Shown here piece by piece: positions 1-14,679 of a stretch of 64,000 nucleotides of DNA. The notes under the pieces are model-generated. The model was given only the letters and a program-made list of their open reading frames with translations, made no database searches and was not told where the DNA came from. Within the stretch, counting starts at the first letter, position 1. Each line of letters opens with the position of its first letter. This DNA is from the human T2T-CHM13v2.0 reference genome, Homo sapiens: the NCBI RefSeq assembly GCF_009914755.1, contig NC_060925.1. One strand, 5' to 3'. The position numbers were made by a program, and so were the translations under genes.

Positions 1-135
1 CACCATGGCTTTAGACAAGTTACCTAACTTCCTTTTGCCTCAGTTTTCTTATAAGATTGAGATAATATTTGTACTTATGTCACAGTACTGATATAAAGAT
101 TAAATGAGATAATGGATATAAATCACATAAGCATT
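1..135 (+). mobile_element. MIR SINE fragment
   Basis: MIR core 'gacaagttacctaacttc..tgcctcagttttctt...gattaaatgagataatg'. Confidence 0.7.
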
Positions 136-494
136 CCATAAGGGTTAGATATTTTTGGTAATAGTTTTAGTAATATTATGGCATTTTTTATTAAAAACTT
201 TGTTATTTAAGCACATAAGTACCTGACTAGATTCCCTGATAGAGAGAAATGTCTTCCTCATCTTTATTCCCCAGCCTTGAGATATTCCCACACAAGGTAT
301 CTAATTGCATTGGTGGATAAATGCAAAATTAATTGCATACAACCAAAATTGTTAATTCAGTGAGATGAAATGAAAATTTATTTCCAAAGACCCATGGCAG
401 GGGGAAGAAGTTAAGCTATTGCAAATGAGACCTGAATCTGTAGATTTTCCTTATCCAGTTAATATGTTTTTAACTCCTTGAAACCAGTAATTTT

Positions 495-585
495 TTGTTT
501 TGTTCATCTCTTTATGTCAGCACCTAGCTCAGTTTTTGGTTAATAAGAGACAATCAGTGTTCGCTACATGACTAAATAAATAATT
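495..585 (+). mobile_element. L2 3' end fragment
   Basis: 'ttgttcatctct..cagcacctagc.cagt...tgactaaataaataa' resembles the L2 3' terminus. Confidence 0.5.
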
Positions 586-2286
586 CATTTTTACCTTCTT
601 TATTACTATTGATTATCTAATGTTGTCTTTTCACAAGTACTTCTTTATTCAGATTTCAACTTATCAAATCTTCAAAAATTTTTAAAAAATCCACTAGTTG
701 TTTTAAGAGCCAGTTGTATTTCTTTTTTTTCAGTAAGCTGTGTTTGCCATTGAGTTTATTTTAGAAGCAGATTATAAATGATCTGTATCGGTCAGGTGTG
801 TTTCTGCTATGCTGAACTCATAATACAAGTATCATCCAGGTGTCTGTAGACCAATAGACCAAACAATTTAAACACCTTCTCATATGCTACAGAAGGCAGT
901 GAAAGTTTTTTCATATTTTTCTTTTAAGCCTAGATTGTCCTTTTAAACTTTTGATCCTAATCTTCATTTTTCATAACATTTGCCAAGGTCTCATGGATTT
1001 TATTTTCTGTGTTGCCTTCCCAGTTGTTCTTTGATGAAGAGAAGAAAATGTTCAAAGACTCTATCTGGACAGCAGAGCAGTGCACAGCTGTGATGTTTCT
1101 TTTTTCTCTGCCTTGACCTTACTCTGAAGAAAGTACTCCTTTAGGCTCAAACTCCTGAAATTGACTGAAGTATCTCTTAGGGAATGCTTTGGTCATAACA
1201 GATTTTTTTAAAAACTTATTTAAATTCCATTCCAGGTGCAGCCTCCCTTTACTTTATAGGTTAAAGCGGGAAATATCACTGGGAAAGGGAAAAGGATCAT
1301 GAATATTTAAAGTTTATCATAAATAAGAAGTCTGTGAACAAAGCCTGCCCATGAGCCTGAGTTTTGTGTTACATCATCTCTTGAAATCCCTCTGAAAAAA
1401 GAGTATGCACTAGACAATTGCACCAACATAGGGAAAGCAAAGGCATGTCTCATTATCACCCTGAGAAATGCCAACACCTATGGTCTTGATCATTTTTCGA
1501 CATTTTTCCTTTAAGTCACATAGGCCTTATGGTTCACACAACAGAGAAATTATTCTTAAGTCAATTATAATTGATTGTTGTTGTCATCTTTTTAAAGGAA
1601 TTTTGAAATTAAGAAAATATATGAGAAAAATATTTGTTAGATGAAGAGAAGAAAAAGCAACTATCTGGCATAAAATGACTGACTTCCAAGGTTAATATTT
1701 CACTGGAAAAAACACCAGTAATCTTTGAATGAATGATGTGTATAATAACAGTATTAAATATTCACTTACCTATTGAACAAACATTAAAATGTGCTATATA
1801 CAAGACACTGCAAAGTGCCAAGTGAATTTACAAATTTGGCCCAAATTTGCTATAGACACAATGCCAACCACCAATCAGAATATAAACCATAAAACAATGC
1901 TATTTGATGAAATTATATAAACCCTATCCTATAGCTTTAAATGTAAACAAAACAACTCCCTCCATTTTCAAGTATGTCTTAAACCTCCATTGCTTTTACC
2001 TGCTACATAACACACCAAATCATGGCGTACACTGGTGCATAAATGATGTGTAGTCCATAGCCTTTACCATCATTGAAAAAATAGTGTCCCTCCACTAATT
2101 AATTCATTTATTATCAAACATTACGATTCTACTATATGCAAGGACGATCTATATAATACACACTAACTTCAGTGTATTCCATATTGTTGGGTTATTGAGT
2201 CTGAGGGATTAGCAGATTTATTTGTAAAGGACTAGGCAGTAAATATTTTAGACATTGGGGGCCACATATATATCTCTTGCTGCTGC

Positions 2287-3715
2287 TTTTTAAAATTTAT
2301 ATTATTTTTAACTGCCAAACCATAATATATTACATTTATGGAGCACAATGTGATATTTTGGCATGTATATGTAATGTGGAATGATTAAATCAAGCTAATT
2401 AATATATTCATCACCTACTTGTTTAACATTTTTTGTGATGACACATTTGATATTTACTCATGTATTTTGAAATATATAATACATTACTATTAACTATGGT
2501 CACCCTGTGTGACCAAAACTTAAAACATTCCTCTTGTCTAGCTGAAACTTTGTCCCTTTGACCAGCAGTCCTCAAACCCATCTTGCCTTCCCACCCACCT
2601 CCCCACCCCCACACCAGGCTTCTGGTAACCATCATTCTACTCTCTATTTCTGTGAATTCAACTTTTTTGAGATTCCATATATAAGTGAGATCATCCAGTA
2701 CAGCAGTCCGCCCTTATGCATAAAAGATATGTTTCAAGGCCCCCAGTTGATGCTTGAAACTGCAGATAGTGCTGAACCTTATGTGTACTAAGTTATTTAG
2801 GTCTAGTAACCAAAATGGCTACTAAGTGACTAACGGGCAAGTAGTGTATACAAAGTTAATTTGCTGGACAAAAGGATGGTTGATATCCCAGGTGGAATGA
2901 AGCAGGAAGACAAGAGATTTCATCATGTTACCCAGAATGGCATGCAATTTACAAATTATCAACTGTTTATTTCTGAAATTTTTCATTTAATATTTTTAGA
3001 CCATGGTTGAGCCTAGATAACTGAAATTTTGAAAAGCAAAACTGGAGATAAGTGTAAAGTACATATTTGTCTTTCTGTGCCTGGTTTGTTCCAAATGACA
3101 TGATTTTGTTCTTTTTTTAAAGGCTAAATAGTGTTCCATAGTGTATATATATTTTTTAAATATTTTCTTTCTTCATCAGTTAGATGGACATTTAAGTTAA
3201 TTCCATATCTTGCCTATTGTAAATAATGTTGCAATGTACATGAAAATTTACACATCCCTTCAACATATCTATTTCAATTCTTTGGATATATTCCCAGAAG
3301 TGAGATTGCTGGATCATATGGTAGTTCTACCCCCATATCGTTTTCCATAATGGCTGTACTACTTTACATTCCCACTAGTAGTATATAAGGATCCCCTTTT
3401 CTCCACATCATTGCCAACACTTATTATATTTCATTTTTTAATAAAATCCATTCTAACAGGTGCAGATGATATTTTGTTGTGGTTTTAATTTGCATTTTCC
3501 TAATAATTAGGAATACTGAGCATTTTTTAATTAATCTATTGGTCATTTGTATGTCTTCTTTTAAGAAATGTCTGTTCAGGTCCTGTGCTCATTTTTTAAG
3601 CGAGTTGCTTTCTTGTTCTTGAGTTATTAAAATTCCTTATATATTTTGGATATTAGCTCCTTATCAGCTGTATGGTTTGCAAATATTTTTTGTAATCTGT
3701 GGGTTTCTTCTTCTT
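2287..3715 (-). mobile_element. L1MA (about MA7/8) 3' fragment, interrupted by MER44
   Basis: Reverse L1MA 3'UTR 'gtggaatgattaaatcaagctaatt' and ORF2-end 'gattgctggatcatatggtagttcta'. Confidence 0.8.
2701..3062. mobile_element. MER44/Tigger7 DNA transposon
   Basis: TA + TIR-like 'cagcagtccgcccttat', internal 'ggctactaagtgactaacgggc', end 'aaaactggagataag'. Confidence 0.75.
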
Positions 3716-5703
3716 CTCAATCCTTTAGAGATTTAAAAATTATTCATAGCTCATGAGCAATACAAAAACAGGCCTTGAGTTGGATTTGGCCAGCAAGACA
3801 TAGTTTGACAATTCCTGGTCTTGAAGAATGTGTTTATCAGAATAGTACAAATTGAGCTCTAACACTCTCACTCTTATCCTCTTTAGAGTCTCTGCCACCA
3901 TGAGAGAAATATAAAATTCATGTTTTTTTCATCATCAGGTTTCTGCCTAGGTTTGTAGATGGTAAGTGATTAAACATGGGTACACACGTATTTATGTTTA
4001 GAAACCATTTCTCTAGTGATACATAATCTCCATGGATGCAATTTCACTCAAACTGAAGACCACTTCAGTATTATCATGCAAAGCACTTTTTTCACCATGG
4101 GGTTAAACCTCTGTAACAAAACATAGGATTGCAATTTTCTCTGCAGAAATAGTCTGTTAAGGTGATCTTTCATATCAAAGGAGTAGTGTGCTTTAAAATA
4201 TAATTCTTAAGGAATAAAACTGCAGTTTAAAAATGTTAATGCTAATTTCTGGATTCTGTTATCCACGATTTCAAAACAGTCTTGGGTACAGGCTTAGAAA
4301 ATATAAATACAGTAACATACATACAGTGAGTCCCACACATGTTGTGAGAAAGAATAAATTGGATTCAATTTTATTTATGGTTTTTGGAATCAATACCATT
4401 TGTTCAGGGTTATATCTAATATGTGTATATATACATATACTACATTATAGTGAAATTAGTAATGCTAAGTGACTGTTAGTTATAATACATAGTCATATGT
4501 AATAGATACCCAAAATAAAATGGGTTAAATAAGATAAACATCTATTACTTTCTCACTTAAAAGTCTTGATGTAAATATTTCACCATTGGTATGGCAGCTC
4601 AATAGTCATATTGGACTCAGGCAACATTTGTGCTTCTGCTCTTCTATCTCTAGGACAGGTCTGACACAATAAATGGAATAAATAAACATCTTATTAAAGG
4701 CTATTAGGATGGAGTGACATCAGCAAGATGGAGAGGAAAGACTTTCTAGCACTCATCCCCTTGCAGAAACATAAATTCAATCAACTATCCATGCATGAAA
4801 ATGTTTTCATAGTAGCTAAAGAATCCAGGTGAGAGGTTAGATTGTTTCAGTGGAGCACAGAAATTAAAAAAAAAAAGAGGCGTTGATGGGAGTAAGAACA
4901 GTTTCACATTATCACATCACCAATTCCCTGAACCCAGGTAGCACAAAGAAGATACTCTTCACCTAGAAAAAAGAGAATGAAGTAAGAATGAAGTAAGTAT
5001 CTAACTTCACTGTGGAACACCAGCAAAATTCAGCACTAGGCTAGTCCCCACAGCCTCAGGCTCCAGGTTAGCCCTTATATCTCCAGGCTGCAGGCCAGAA
5101 CCCTTACTTATGGACTCAGGATCCAGGCTTGGCCCTATGGACCCCGGTCCCAATCTGGCACACTCACTGACCAAGACACTAGGTCAGCCTGCCTGAGGAT
5201 TCCAGCAGCAATCCCATCAACAAACCCTTTCAGACAGGCTGCTGAGAATCTCTGGGCTGGCTGACTGTTGAGGGGATTTCCCCAATGAAGCCAGTTCATA
5301 AAACTAAAAGAGGTGTGTCTATATCTTAAAATTCGCAGACACTAACACAAGGCCACAAGGATCAGGAATAATCAGGGAAACATGACACAACCAAAGGAAC
5401 AAATAAAGCACCAGTAAGCAACCATAAAGGAAAGAATATCTACAAATCTAAAAAATAATTCAAAATAATTGTTTTTAAAACAGTGATATACAGAAGAACA
5501 CAGACAACAAAATGATGTCAGGAAAACAATGTATGAACAAAATGAGAAGTTCAAAAATGATATCAGAGAATAAAAAAAAAAACAAACAGAAATTCTGAAG
5601 CTAAGAAACACAATAAACTGAACTGAACAGAAAAATTCCACAGAGAGCTCCAACAGCATACTCAATCAAGCAGAAGAAAGAACCTGTGAGCTAAAAGACA
5701 GCT

Positions 5704-6101
5704 GCTATAGTTTAAATGTCTCCTCCAAAAATCAAGTTGAAATTTAATTGCTATTGCAAACATTTTCAAGAGGTAAGACCATTAAAAGGTGATTAGATCA
5801 TGAGAGATCCACCCTTATGGGTAGGCTGGATACTTTTTAAAAAAAAGAGTTTTTAGCAGTGGGTTCCCTCTCTTTGTCCTTCTGATCTTTTGCCATGTAA
5901 GGAACAGTGTTTCTCCCCTCTGGAAATTTCAGTGTTCAAGGTACCATCTTGGAAACAGAGATCAGATCTTTATCAGACACTAAACCTGCTGCCATCTTGA
6001 TCTTGGACCTTCCAGCCTCCAGAACTGTAAGAAAAAATTTTTATTCTTTCTAAATTATCCAGGCTCAGGTATTCTGTTATAGCAGCACAAAAAAGTGAGA
6101 C
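5704..6101 (+). mobile_element. MST-type MaLR solo LTR (MSTC/D-like) inside L1 ORF1
   Basis: 'tgctatagtttaaatgt...ccagcctccagaactgtaaga...ggtattctgttatagcagcac'; approximate 5-bp TSD acagc/atagc. Confidence 0.8.
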
Positions 6102-9100
6102 CATAGCTTCTTTAAAATTATCCTGTCTGAGGAACAAAAAGAAAAGTGAATTGAATGAAAAAGAGTAAAGAAAGCCTGTAGGACTTATGGGACACCATCA
6201 AGAAAACCAATATATTAAGTTAAAAAGTTCCAGAAGGAGCAGAGAAAGAGAAAGCGTGAGAAATCTTCTTTAAAGAAATAATGACAGAAAACTTGTCAAA
6301 TCTGAAGAAAAAAATGAAGATCCAGATCTATGAAATCCAAAGAACTCCAAATAGATTAAATATAAGAAAATTATTACTGAGACATATTATAATTAAATTA
6401 TCAAACATAAAAGAGAATTCTGAAAGCAGCAAGAGAAAAGCAACTCATTAACTGTAAGAGAACCCCCATTAGACTATCAGCAGATGTCACAGTGGAAAAC
6501 TTGCAGACCAGAAGAGAGTGAAATAATACATTCAAAGTGATGAAAGAAAAAAACCTGACAACAAAGATTACTATACCTGGCAAATCTGTTCTTCAGAAAT
6601 GAATGAGAGATAATGATTTTCCAGACAAACAAAAGTTGTGGGAGTTTATCACCACTGTATCTCCTTTTTACAAAAAAAAAAAAAAAAAACTACACAGAGT
6701 TCTTTAAGTTGAAATAAAAGGATACTAATTAAAAACATGAAAAAATAAGAAAGTATAAAACATAAAACTCATTGTAAAGATAAAAATATAGTCAAATTCA
6801 GAATACTCTAATACTGTAATGGTGGTGCATAAATAACTTTTAACTGTAGTATAAAAGTTAAAGAACAAAAGTATTAAAATAACTATAGCTACAGTAATTT
6901 CTTAATGGATGCATGATATATAAAAGATATGAATTGCTACATCAATAATATGAAATATGGAGGGAAGAGAAGTTAAAGCACAGAGTTTTTGTATTCAAAG
7001 GTAAGTTGTTATCAACTTAACATCGACTATTAATTATATTTACAAAATGTTTTAGGTAAGCTTCATGGTAAATGAACAAAAACAAAAGGCCTGTAGTAGG
7101 TAACACAAGGCCATGAGGATAAAGATAAAGAAAAAAAATAAAAGCATACAACTATAAAAATAATCAAATCATAAGGGAAGAGAGCAAAAGAAGAAGAATG
7201 GAATAAAGGAAATGAAAAAGAGAAAATAATTAACAACATGACAGTAGTAAGTCCTTATCTATCAAAAATGGCTTTGAATATAAGTGGATTAAATCATCTA
7301 ATCAAAAGGCATACAGTGGCTGAATGGATTTTAAAAATCCAACTATATCCTGCCTATAAGAAACTCACTTTAGCTTGAAGAACACAGAGGCTAAATGTGA
7401 AGGGATGGAAAAAGATATTCCATAAAAATATAAACAAAAAGAGTAAGAGTAGCTGTAATTCTATCAGATGAAATAGATTTTAAGCCAAAAATGGCCACGA
7501 GACAAAGAAAGTCAACATATGGTGACAAAAGGGTCAATTTTTCAAAAAGATATAACAATTGGAAATACATATTTCAGAGCACTTAAAAATATAAAACAGA
7601 TAGTAACAAAACTGAAACGAGAAATAGAGAAAATATAATAACAGTAGGAAATTTTAATACCTCAATACAAATAATGCATAGATCATCCATTCAGTCAGTT
7701 AATAAAGAAACAGCAGTTTGAACAACATGTTAGACCAAATGAACATAACAGACATATTGCATAGATCCTATCCAACAGCAGCAGAAAACATTGCTTTCAA
7801 GTGCACATAAATATTATCCAAGATATGTGATATGTTAAGCCCCAAACAAGTTTTTATGCATTTGAGTGCAATTATATCAAGTGTCTTTTCAGACAGCAGT
7901 GCTATAAAATTAGAAATCAGTAACAGAGGGGAAATTCACAAATATGTGGAGATTAAGCAACACACCAATGAAGAACCAATGAGTCAAAGAAGAAATCAAA
8001 AGAAAAATTTTAAAAATCTGATACAAATAAAGAAGGAAATACAACATACCAAAAATTGTGGGATCCAGCAAAAACAGTTTCAAAACGGAAGTTTATAGTA
8101 ATGAATGCCTACCGTAAGAAAAAAAATTTCAAATAAACAACTTAACTTTACACCTCGAGAAACTAGAACAAGAACAAATCAAGCCTAAAGTTATCAGAAG
8201 GAAGAAAATAATAAAGATCAGAAGAGAAATACATGAAATAGAGAAAAAAGCAAATAGAAAAGACCGACAAAACTAATCATTTCTTTTGAAAAAATAAACA
8301 AAATTGACAAACTTTAGCAAGAGTAGGAAAAAAGAAAAGACTCAAAATTGTAAGTGAAAGAAAAGACATTACAAGTGATACCATGGAAATACAAAAGATC
8401 ATGAAGAATCATAAGCAACTACTATGAATAATTACATGCCAGTGAGTTAGATAACCAAGAAGAAATGGATAACTTCCTGGAAACATGCAACCTACCAAAA
8501 CAGAATCATGAAGAAACAGAAAATATTAACAGACCAATGAGGAGTAAGGAGAGTGAATCAGTAGTTACAAACCTTCCGACAAGGAAAAACCCAGGACCTG
8601 ATGGCTTCTCAAGTGAATTCTACCAAATATTTAAAGAATTACATGATTACTTCTCAAACTCTTCCAAAAAAATGAAGAAGTTTATTTTATGAGGCCAGAA
8701 TTACTCTGATATCAAAGCCAGACAGGACTCTACAAGTTAAGAAAATACAAGTTAATATTGCTGATAAACATACATGCAAAAATTCTCAAGAAAATACTAG
8801 CAAATGGAATTCAATAGCACACTCAAAGTATCATACACCCTGATCAAGTAGGATTTATCCTTGGGATGCAAGGATAGTTCAACATACACAAATCAATAAA
8901 TGTGACACATGATATTAATAGAAAGAAGGATAAAATTATACAATCATTACAATAGATGCAGAAAAGGAATTTAACAAAATTCAACATGATTTCATAATTT
9001 AAAAAAAAGCTCAACAAATTAGGTATAGAAGGAATGTACTTCAACATGATAAAGCCCAAAGCTGATATATGACAAACCACCGCTAATATTATATTCAATA

Positions 9101-9490
9101 GTGAAAAGCTGAAAGCTATCCTCATGTGAACAGGAAGAAAACAACAAGAAGTGCCCACTCTTACCACTTCTTTTCAATACAGTACTGAAAATCTGAGCCA
9201 GAGCAATTAAACAAGAAAATAGAATAAAATGTATCCAAATAAGAAAGAAAGAAATGAAATTGGATCTGCTTTCTGACAACATGATCATAAAGCCTCTACC
9301 AAAAATTGTTAGAAATAATAAATTTAGTAAAATGGCAAAATCAACATAGAATCAGCAGTGTTTCCATACACTAACAACAACCTATCTGATAAAGAAAGCA
9401 AGAAAATAATCTCATCGTTTAACCTGATGAAGGATTAATATCCAAAATATATAAGGAATGCAAACAAATAATCTGATTTTTAAATAGTCA

Positions 9491-9871
<381 letters not shown>

Positions 9872-12564
9872 TCAGGCAAATAGCATTTTAAAAACAAAAT
9901 ACTTAGGAATAAATTTAACCAAGGAGAGAAAAGACCTATAGAATGAAAACTCTAAAACATTAGTGAAAGAAATTGAAGAAACACAAATAAATGGAAAAAT
10001 GTCCTGTGTTAATGGACTGGAATAATTAACATTGTTTGTATATCCATAGTACCCAAAGTGATCTACAGATTCAATGCTATCCCTAAAGTTCCAATGGTAT
10101 TTTTTAAAGAAATAGAAAAATAATCATAAAATTTTTATGGAACCACAAACGACTTTGAATAGCCAAAGGAACCTTAGGGGAAAAAAAAAACACCAAAAAA
10201 TCAAAACAAAACTAAGCTGGAGGCATCACACTACCAAATTTCAAAATATGCTACAAAACCATAGTAATAAAAATAGCATGGTATGGGCATAAAAACAGAC
10301 ACATCAACCAATGGAACAGGATTGATAGCCCAGATATAAATCCATGCATTTATGGTCAATTGATCTTCAGCAAAGTTGCCAAGAACACAAAATGAGAAAA
10401 GGATGGTCTCTTCCATAGATGATGGTGGGAAAACTGTATATCCACATGCAGAAGAATGAAATTGAATGCTTATTTCACACCATATACAAAAATCAACTAA
10501 AAATGAATTAAAGATTTAAACATAAGGCCTGAAGGTATAAAAATACTAGAAAAAAATCATAGGGTGAAAGTTCCATGACATTGGTCTAGGCAATGATTCC
10601 TTGGATATGAACCCAAAAACACAGTAACCAAAAAAAAAAAAAAAAACAAATTCTAAAAAGTTTCTGCACAGCAAAGGAAACAGTCAACAGTGAAGACACT
10701 ACCCATGGTTTGAGAAAAAAATGTTTTCAAACCATACACCTAAGTTATGGGGTTAAGTATCCAAAATATAGAAGGAATGCAAATGACTCAATAGCGAGAA
10801 AACAAATAATCTGATTTTAAAATAGGTAAAGAATCTGAGTAGACATTTCTCAGAGGAAGACATACAAATGGCCAACAAGTATATGAAAAAATGTTCAACA
10901 CCACTAACCATCAGGGACATGCAAATTAAAACCAGAGTAAGTTATCATCTCACACCTGTTAGAAAAGCTAATATCAAAAAAGAGATAAGTATTGGTGAGG
11001 ATATGAAGAAAAGAGAACCCTTGTGCAATGTTGGTAGAGATATACATTATTACAGCCATTATGGAAAATAGTATAAAACTTCCCCCTAAAATTAGAAATA
11101 GAACTACCACATGATCCTGAATCTCACTTCTAGATATACAGCCAAAGGAAATAAAATCAGCTGTGGCCTATCTGTACTCTCATGTTCACTGCAGCATCCC
11201 TCACAATACCCAAGATATGGAATCAATGTAAGTGTCCATCAGTAGATAATGGATAAAGAAAATGTGGTATAGACACACGATAAAATATTATCCAGCCTTA
11301 AGAATGAAGGAAATCCTGTCATCTGTGATAACATGCAGGAACCTGGAGAATATTAAGTGAAATAAGCTAGGTACAGAAAGACAAATACTGCAGGATCTCA
11401 CTTATCTGTAGACTCTAAAAAAGTTGAACTCACAGAAGCAGAAATTAGAATGGTGATTGCCAGTGGCCGGTGTGGGGAGAAATGGAAAGATTTTGGTCAA
11501 AGGTACAAAGTTTCAATTAGGATGAATAAATTCTAGAGATCTATTGTACAGCATGGTGATGATAGTTAATAATAATGTATTGTACACTTGAAAATGCTGA
11601 GATCAGAGCTTAAATGTTCTCCCCACGCACATAAAAATAACAATGTGAAGTGAGAGACATGTTATTTAGCCTGATTGTGGTGATTATTTCACAATATATC
11701 AAAATATCATGCTGTATACCATAAATATTTACAATTTTTATTTGTCAAAAACATATGAAGATAATATTTTTGTAAAAAAAAAAAGCTATTTGGAAGCATT
11801 CAGTAATGACCTAAAAACTTTAATTAGAAGACAGTGGTGAAATAAAATCAATATATTTTTTACATGTTTTTTACATCAACACTATTTGTGATATATTTAA
11901 CTAGAGGAGACATCTGTAGCTTTGGAGAATCCCCCATCCATTCTCCTTTTTCTGGTTAGAAGCATCTTCAGTTTCCTTTGGAAGACTCACTTCTACTCCA
12001 CTGTGTGCAGCCTTCGTGGAAATACCAATAGGTGCTCTACCTAATTGCCGGGCATGGGAACTAGGTTAAATAAATGAGATTCTCTCTAGAATTTGAAATT
12101 AAATCAAATGATACCAAGTTAGAAGGAAAGGTTGGAGTGATTCATTCCTATAGCCCGCTAGTGAGCTATAGACTCCATAGCTTCTTTGTTCCCCTTCTAT
12201 CTGGATTCTACATCTATATACTCATTTCTTTATTTAAGTGAGCCACCCCAAATCAACTTAGTGAATTCTCTTTCTGCTTCTGTTAAAAAACATTATATCC
12301 TGTTACTTACAAACAAAAAAAAATAGCTTATATGCCAATAAGAAATTCTGTACTAGAGATGAGTATATTATACATGTACACATGCACACAAATATATATA
12401 TGCGCACACACAGAACTCATGTAAAAGAGAACAGAATTTATTGCTTTTTCTCTTTCATGTCCTTTTGGTCTCTTTGTTTTTTCTGGATATATACACTGAA
12501 GATGAGATATCCTACTTTAATTGTATAAGAAACAATTGGAAGAAGTGTTGATAGCTAGAAGAGA

Positions 12565-12630
12565 AGCGATTTTCTCGCCTCAGCCACCCAAAGTGTTAGG
12601 AATACAGGTGTTAGCCACCAAACCCAGCCC
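12565..12630 (-). mobile_element. Alu left-arm fragment
   Basis: 'gcctcagccacccaaagtgttaggaatacaggtgttagccacc'. Confidence 0.75.
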
Positions 12631-12681
12631 AGATAGAATATTTTACCCAGGAGCATAATGATCTTAATAAAGTGATTTTTT

Positions 12682-13007
12682 AGCCAGGCACAGTGGCTCA
12701 CACCTGCAATCCTAGCACTTTGGGAGGCCAAGGCGGGTGGATCACTTGAGCTCAGGAGTTCAAGACCAGCCTAGGCAGCATGGCAGAACCCCATCTCTAC
12801 AAAAAAAAAAAAAAAAAAAAAAATTAGGTGTGATGTTGCGTCCCTGTAGTCCCAGTTACTTGGGACGCTGAGGCAGGAGGATCACTTGAGTCCAGGAAGT
12901 CGAGGCTGCAGTGAGCTGAGATTGCACCCCTGCAATGAGCTGAGATTGCACCACTGCATTCCAGGCTGGGTAACAAAGTGAGACACTCCATTAATTTTAA
13001 AAAAGAG
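12682..13007 (+). mobile_element. AluJ with pure-A expanded linker and an internal 24-bp duplication
   Basis: Full Alu; TSD aaagtgattttt on both sides. Confidence 0.9.
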
Positions 13008-13489
13008 AAAGTGATTTTTCTGAGTTATATACAAGCCTAATATTTTTAGAGCTCTTTTTCCTAAGGATAAAATCATGCAATGCAAATGAAAACACAATGC
13101 ATGTATTAAATGCCTCTGGTTGCATTAACACCGAGGGCTTTTATATATATGTCTTTATTATTGCTCTTCTATTGTCATTTTAGAAAAGAATTTCTAACAG
13201 AGCCCTTCTAAAGGATACTTTTGGCTTAATGGTTATAACATTTGTGAAAGTGTTCCCAGGGTCAAATTGATTCAATTATTTTCATTTGGATAAAAGGAAC
13301 AAATACTTTTGAGAGTCTACTATGTTGGTTCTTAACCCAAGTTGAATATTAGATGTGCCAGGGAGCTTTTTAAAATACATATTTCCAGAGCATTTAAAGT
13401 GCCCCTCCCCATCGCTGTGATTTTGATGTGTCTAATAAGTACTAAAGATCATGCCATGTGCTTTGTATATGATATTGTACTGCTGTAAC

Positions 13490-13690
13490 AAACAGGATAG
13501 TGCAGCAATTAACAGACCAGGCTCTGAATCCAGACTTCATTTAAAAGCTGCTTCATCACAGATTAGCTAAGTAACCTGGAGCAATTTACTTAAGCACATT
13601 GTGTCTTCAGTTCCTCAGCTATAAAATAAGGACAGTATTAGTGCCTGCTTCATTCACTTGTGCCTTCTATGTAGTTAGCATTCATGATCG
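13490..13690 (+). mobile_element. MIR
   Basis: 'ggctctgaatccagac...gtaacctggagcaatttacttaag...cagttcctcagctataaaataaggac'. Confidence 0.65.
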
Positions 13691-14679
13691 TGGACTATAT
13701 AATAGCCAATTTTAAATCCTTATGGAAAACTGATGGCGATTACTATTATTTTCATTTGACATATGAAAAAACTGAGGTTTAAAGATGAGAAATAACTTTC
13801 CTAAGTTCATCTAGTTTGCTACCAAGCTAAGATTTGGTACATTAGCAATAATGGAGAACATATGATATAAAAAATGCTGGGGGAGTTTGGTCATGGTGGA
13901 TTTGAAATGGTGGTGAAACAATTGAGTAGAGATGCCTAGTAATCAATTGCATCGTGTAGCTCTGGGCCTCCGCTGGGTGGCCAGTCACAGGAATATTCAT
14001 TTGCAGTCTTTGACAAATAAATTGTGGTGGAATCCTTGAGTGTGAGTGTGCTGATTAAGGAATCATGTCTAGAGGACAGCTGAGGGCTGAGGACCTAGCA
14101 TTTGAGAGCTCCAACATTTTATAGGACAAGTCGTCAGCGTCAAAATTAAAAGACTAAGAAGCCAAAGGCAATAGTAAACTCTGAGAAAGTACTATCATAA
14201 AGATTTAGAGAGAAAGGGGTTTCAGAAGGTCACATGCTGACGGGGAAATGTCAGTAGAGAGAAGGAGAGATGAGGGAAAAGGGAAGAAATAATTAATGAA
14301 GTAAGATCTTTTCGAAGTAGGTATAGGAGGGTGATTCACAGAGTAAAGAAGAAAGAATTTATCTTTCACTGATTGGAGAAAAGACGGAAAAAAAGAATAC
14401 GAATGGATATGCACTTGCAGATGGAAGAGCAGAAAGATAATAGACTTTTAGCTAAATGACCTCAGTTTTCTCTGACTAGCTCTTTCAAAGTGAACGATTT
14501 CCAAATGAGTATGCAGTACCTGTGTATAACTGTGTATGTGTTTGTGACACACAAAGAAGTCAGAGATGTAAATATATTGAGGGCTTTGCTTAATGGGCTT
14601 ATAAAACTTACCCACTTGAGTGAAAAAATGAGGCTATTAGTCAATGCTGAGATGGAGTATTTCATCTCTTTAAGATACT

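Larger units (their letters stand above)
2203..3817 (+). mobile_element. MER58 (hAT-Charlie) split by an L1 insertion; halves at about 2203-2285 and 3730-3817
   Basis: Left end 'tgtaaaggactaggcagtaaatattttag...gggccacat'; right end 'tacaaaaacagg...ggatttggcc...tagtttgacaattcctg'. Confidence 0.7.

Noticed and set aside
995-1120. Strong plus-strand acceptor (AG at 1022-1023) followed by GAAGA-rich sequence
   Set aside because: No convincing downstream donor, and an isolated acceptor is common by chance.
1831-1849. Perfect palindrome caaatttgg-c-ccaaatttg
   Set aside because: A 9-bp arm is expected occasionally in 64 kb of AT-rich DNA, and there is no supporting context.
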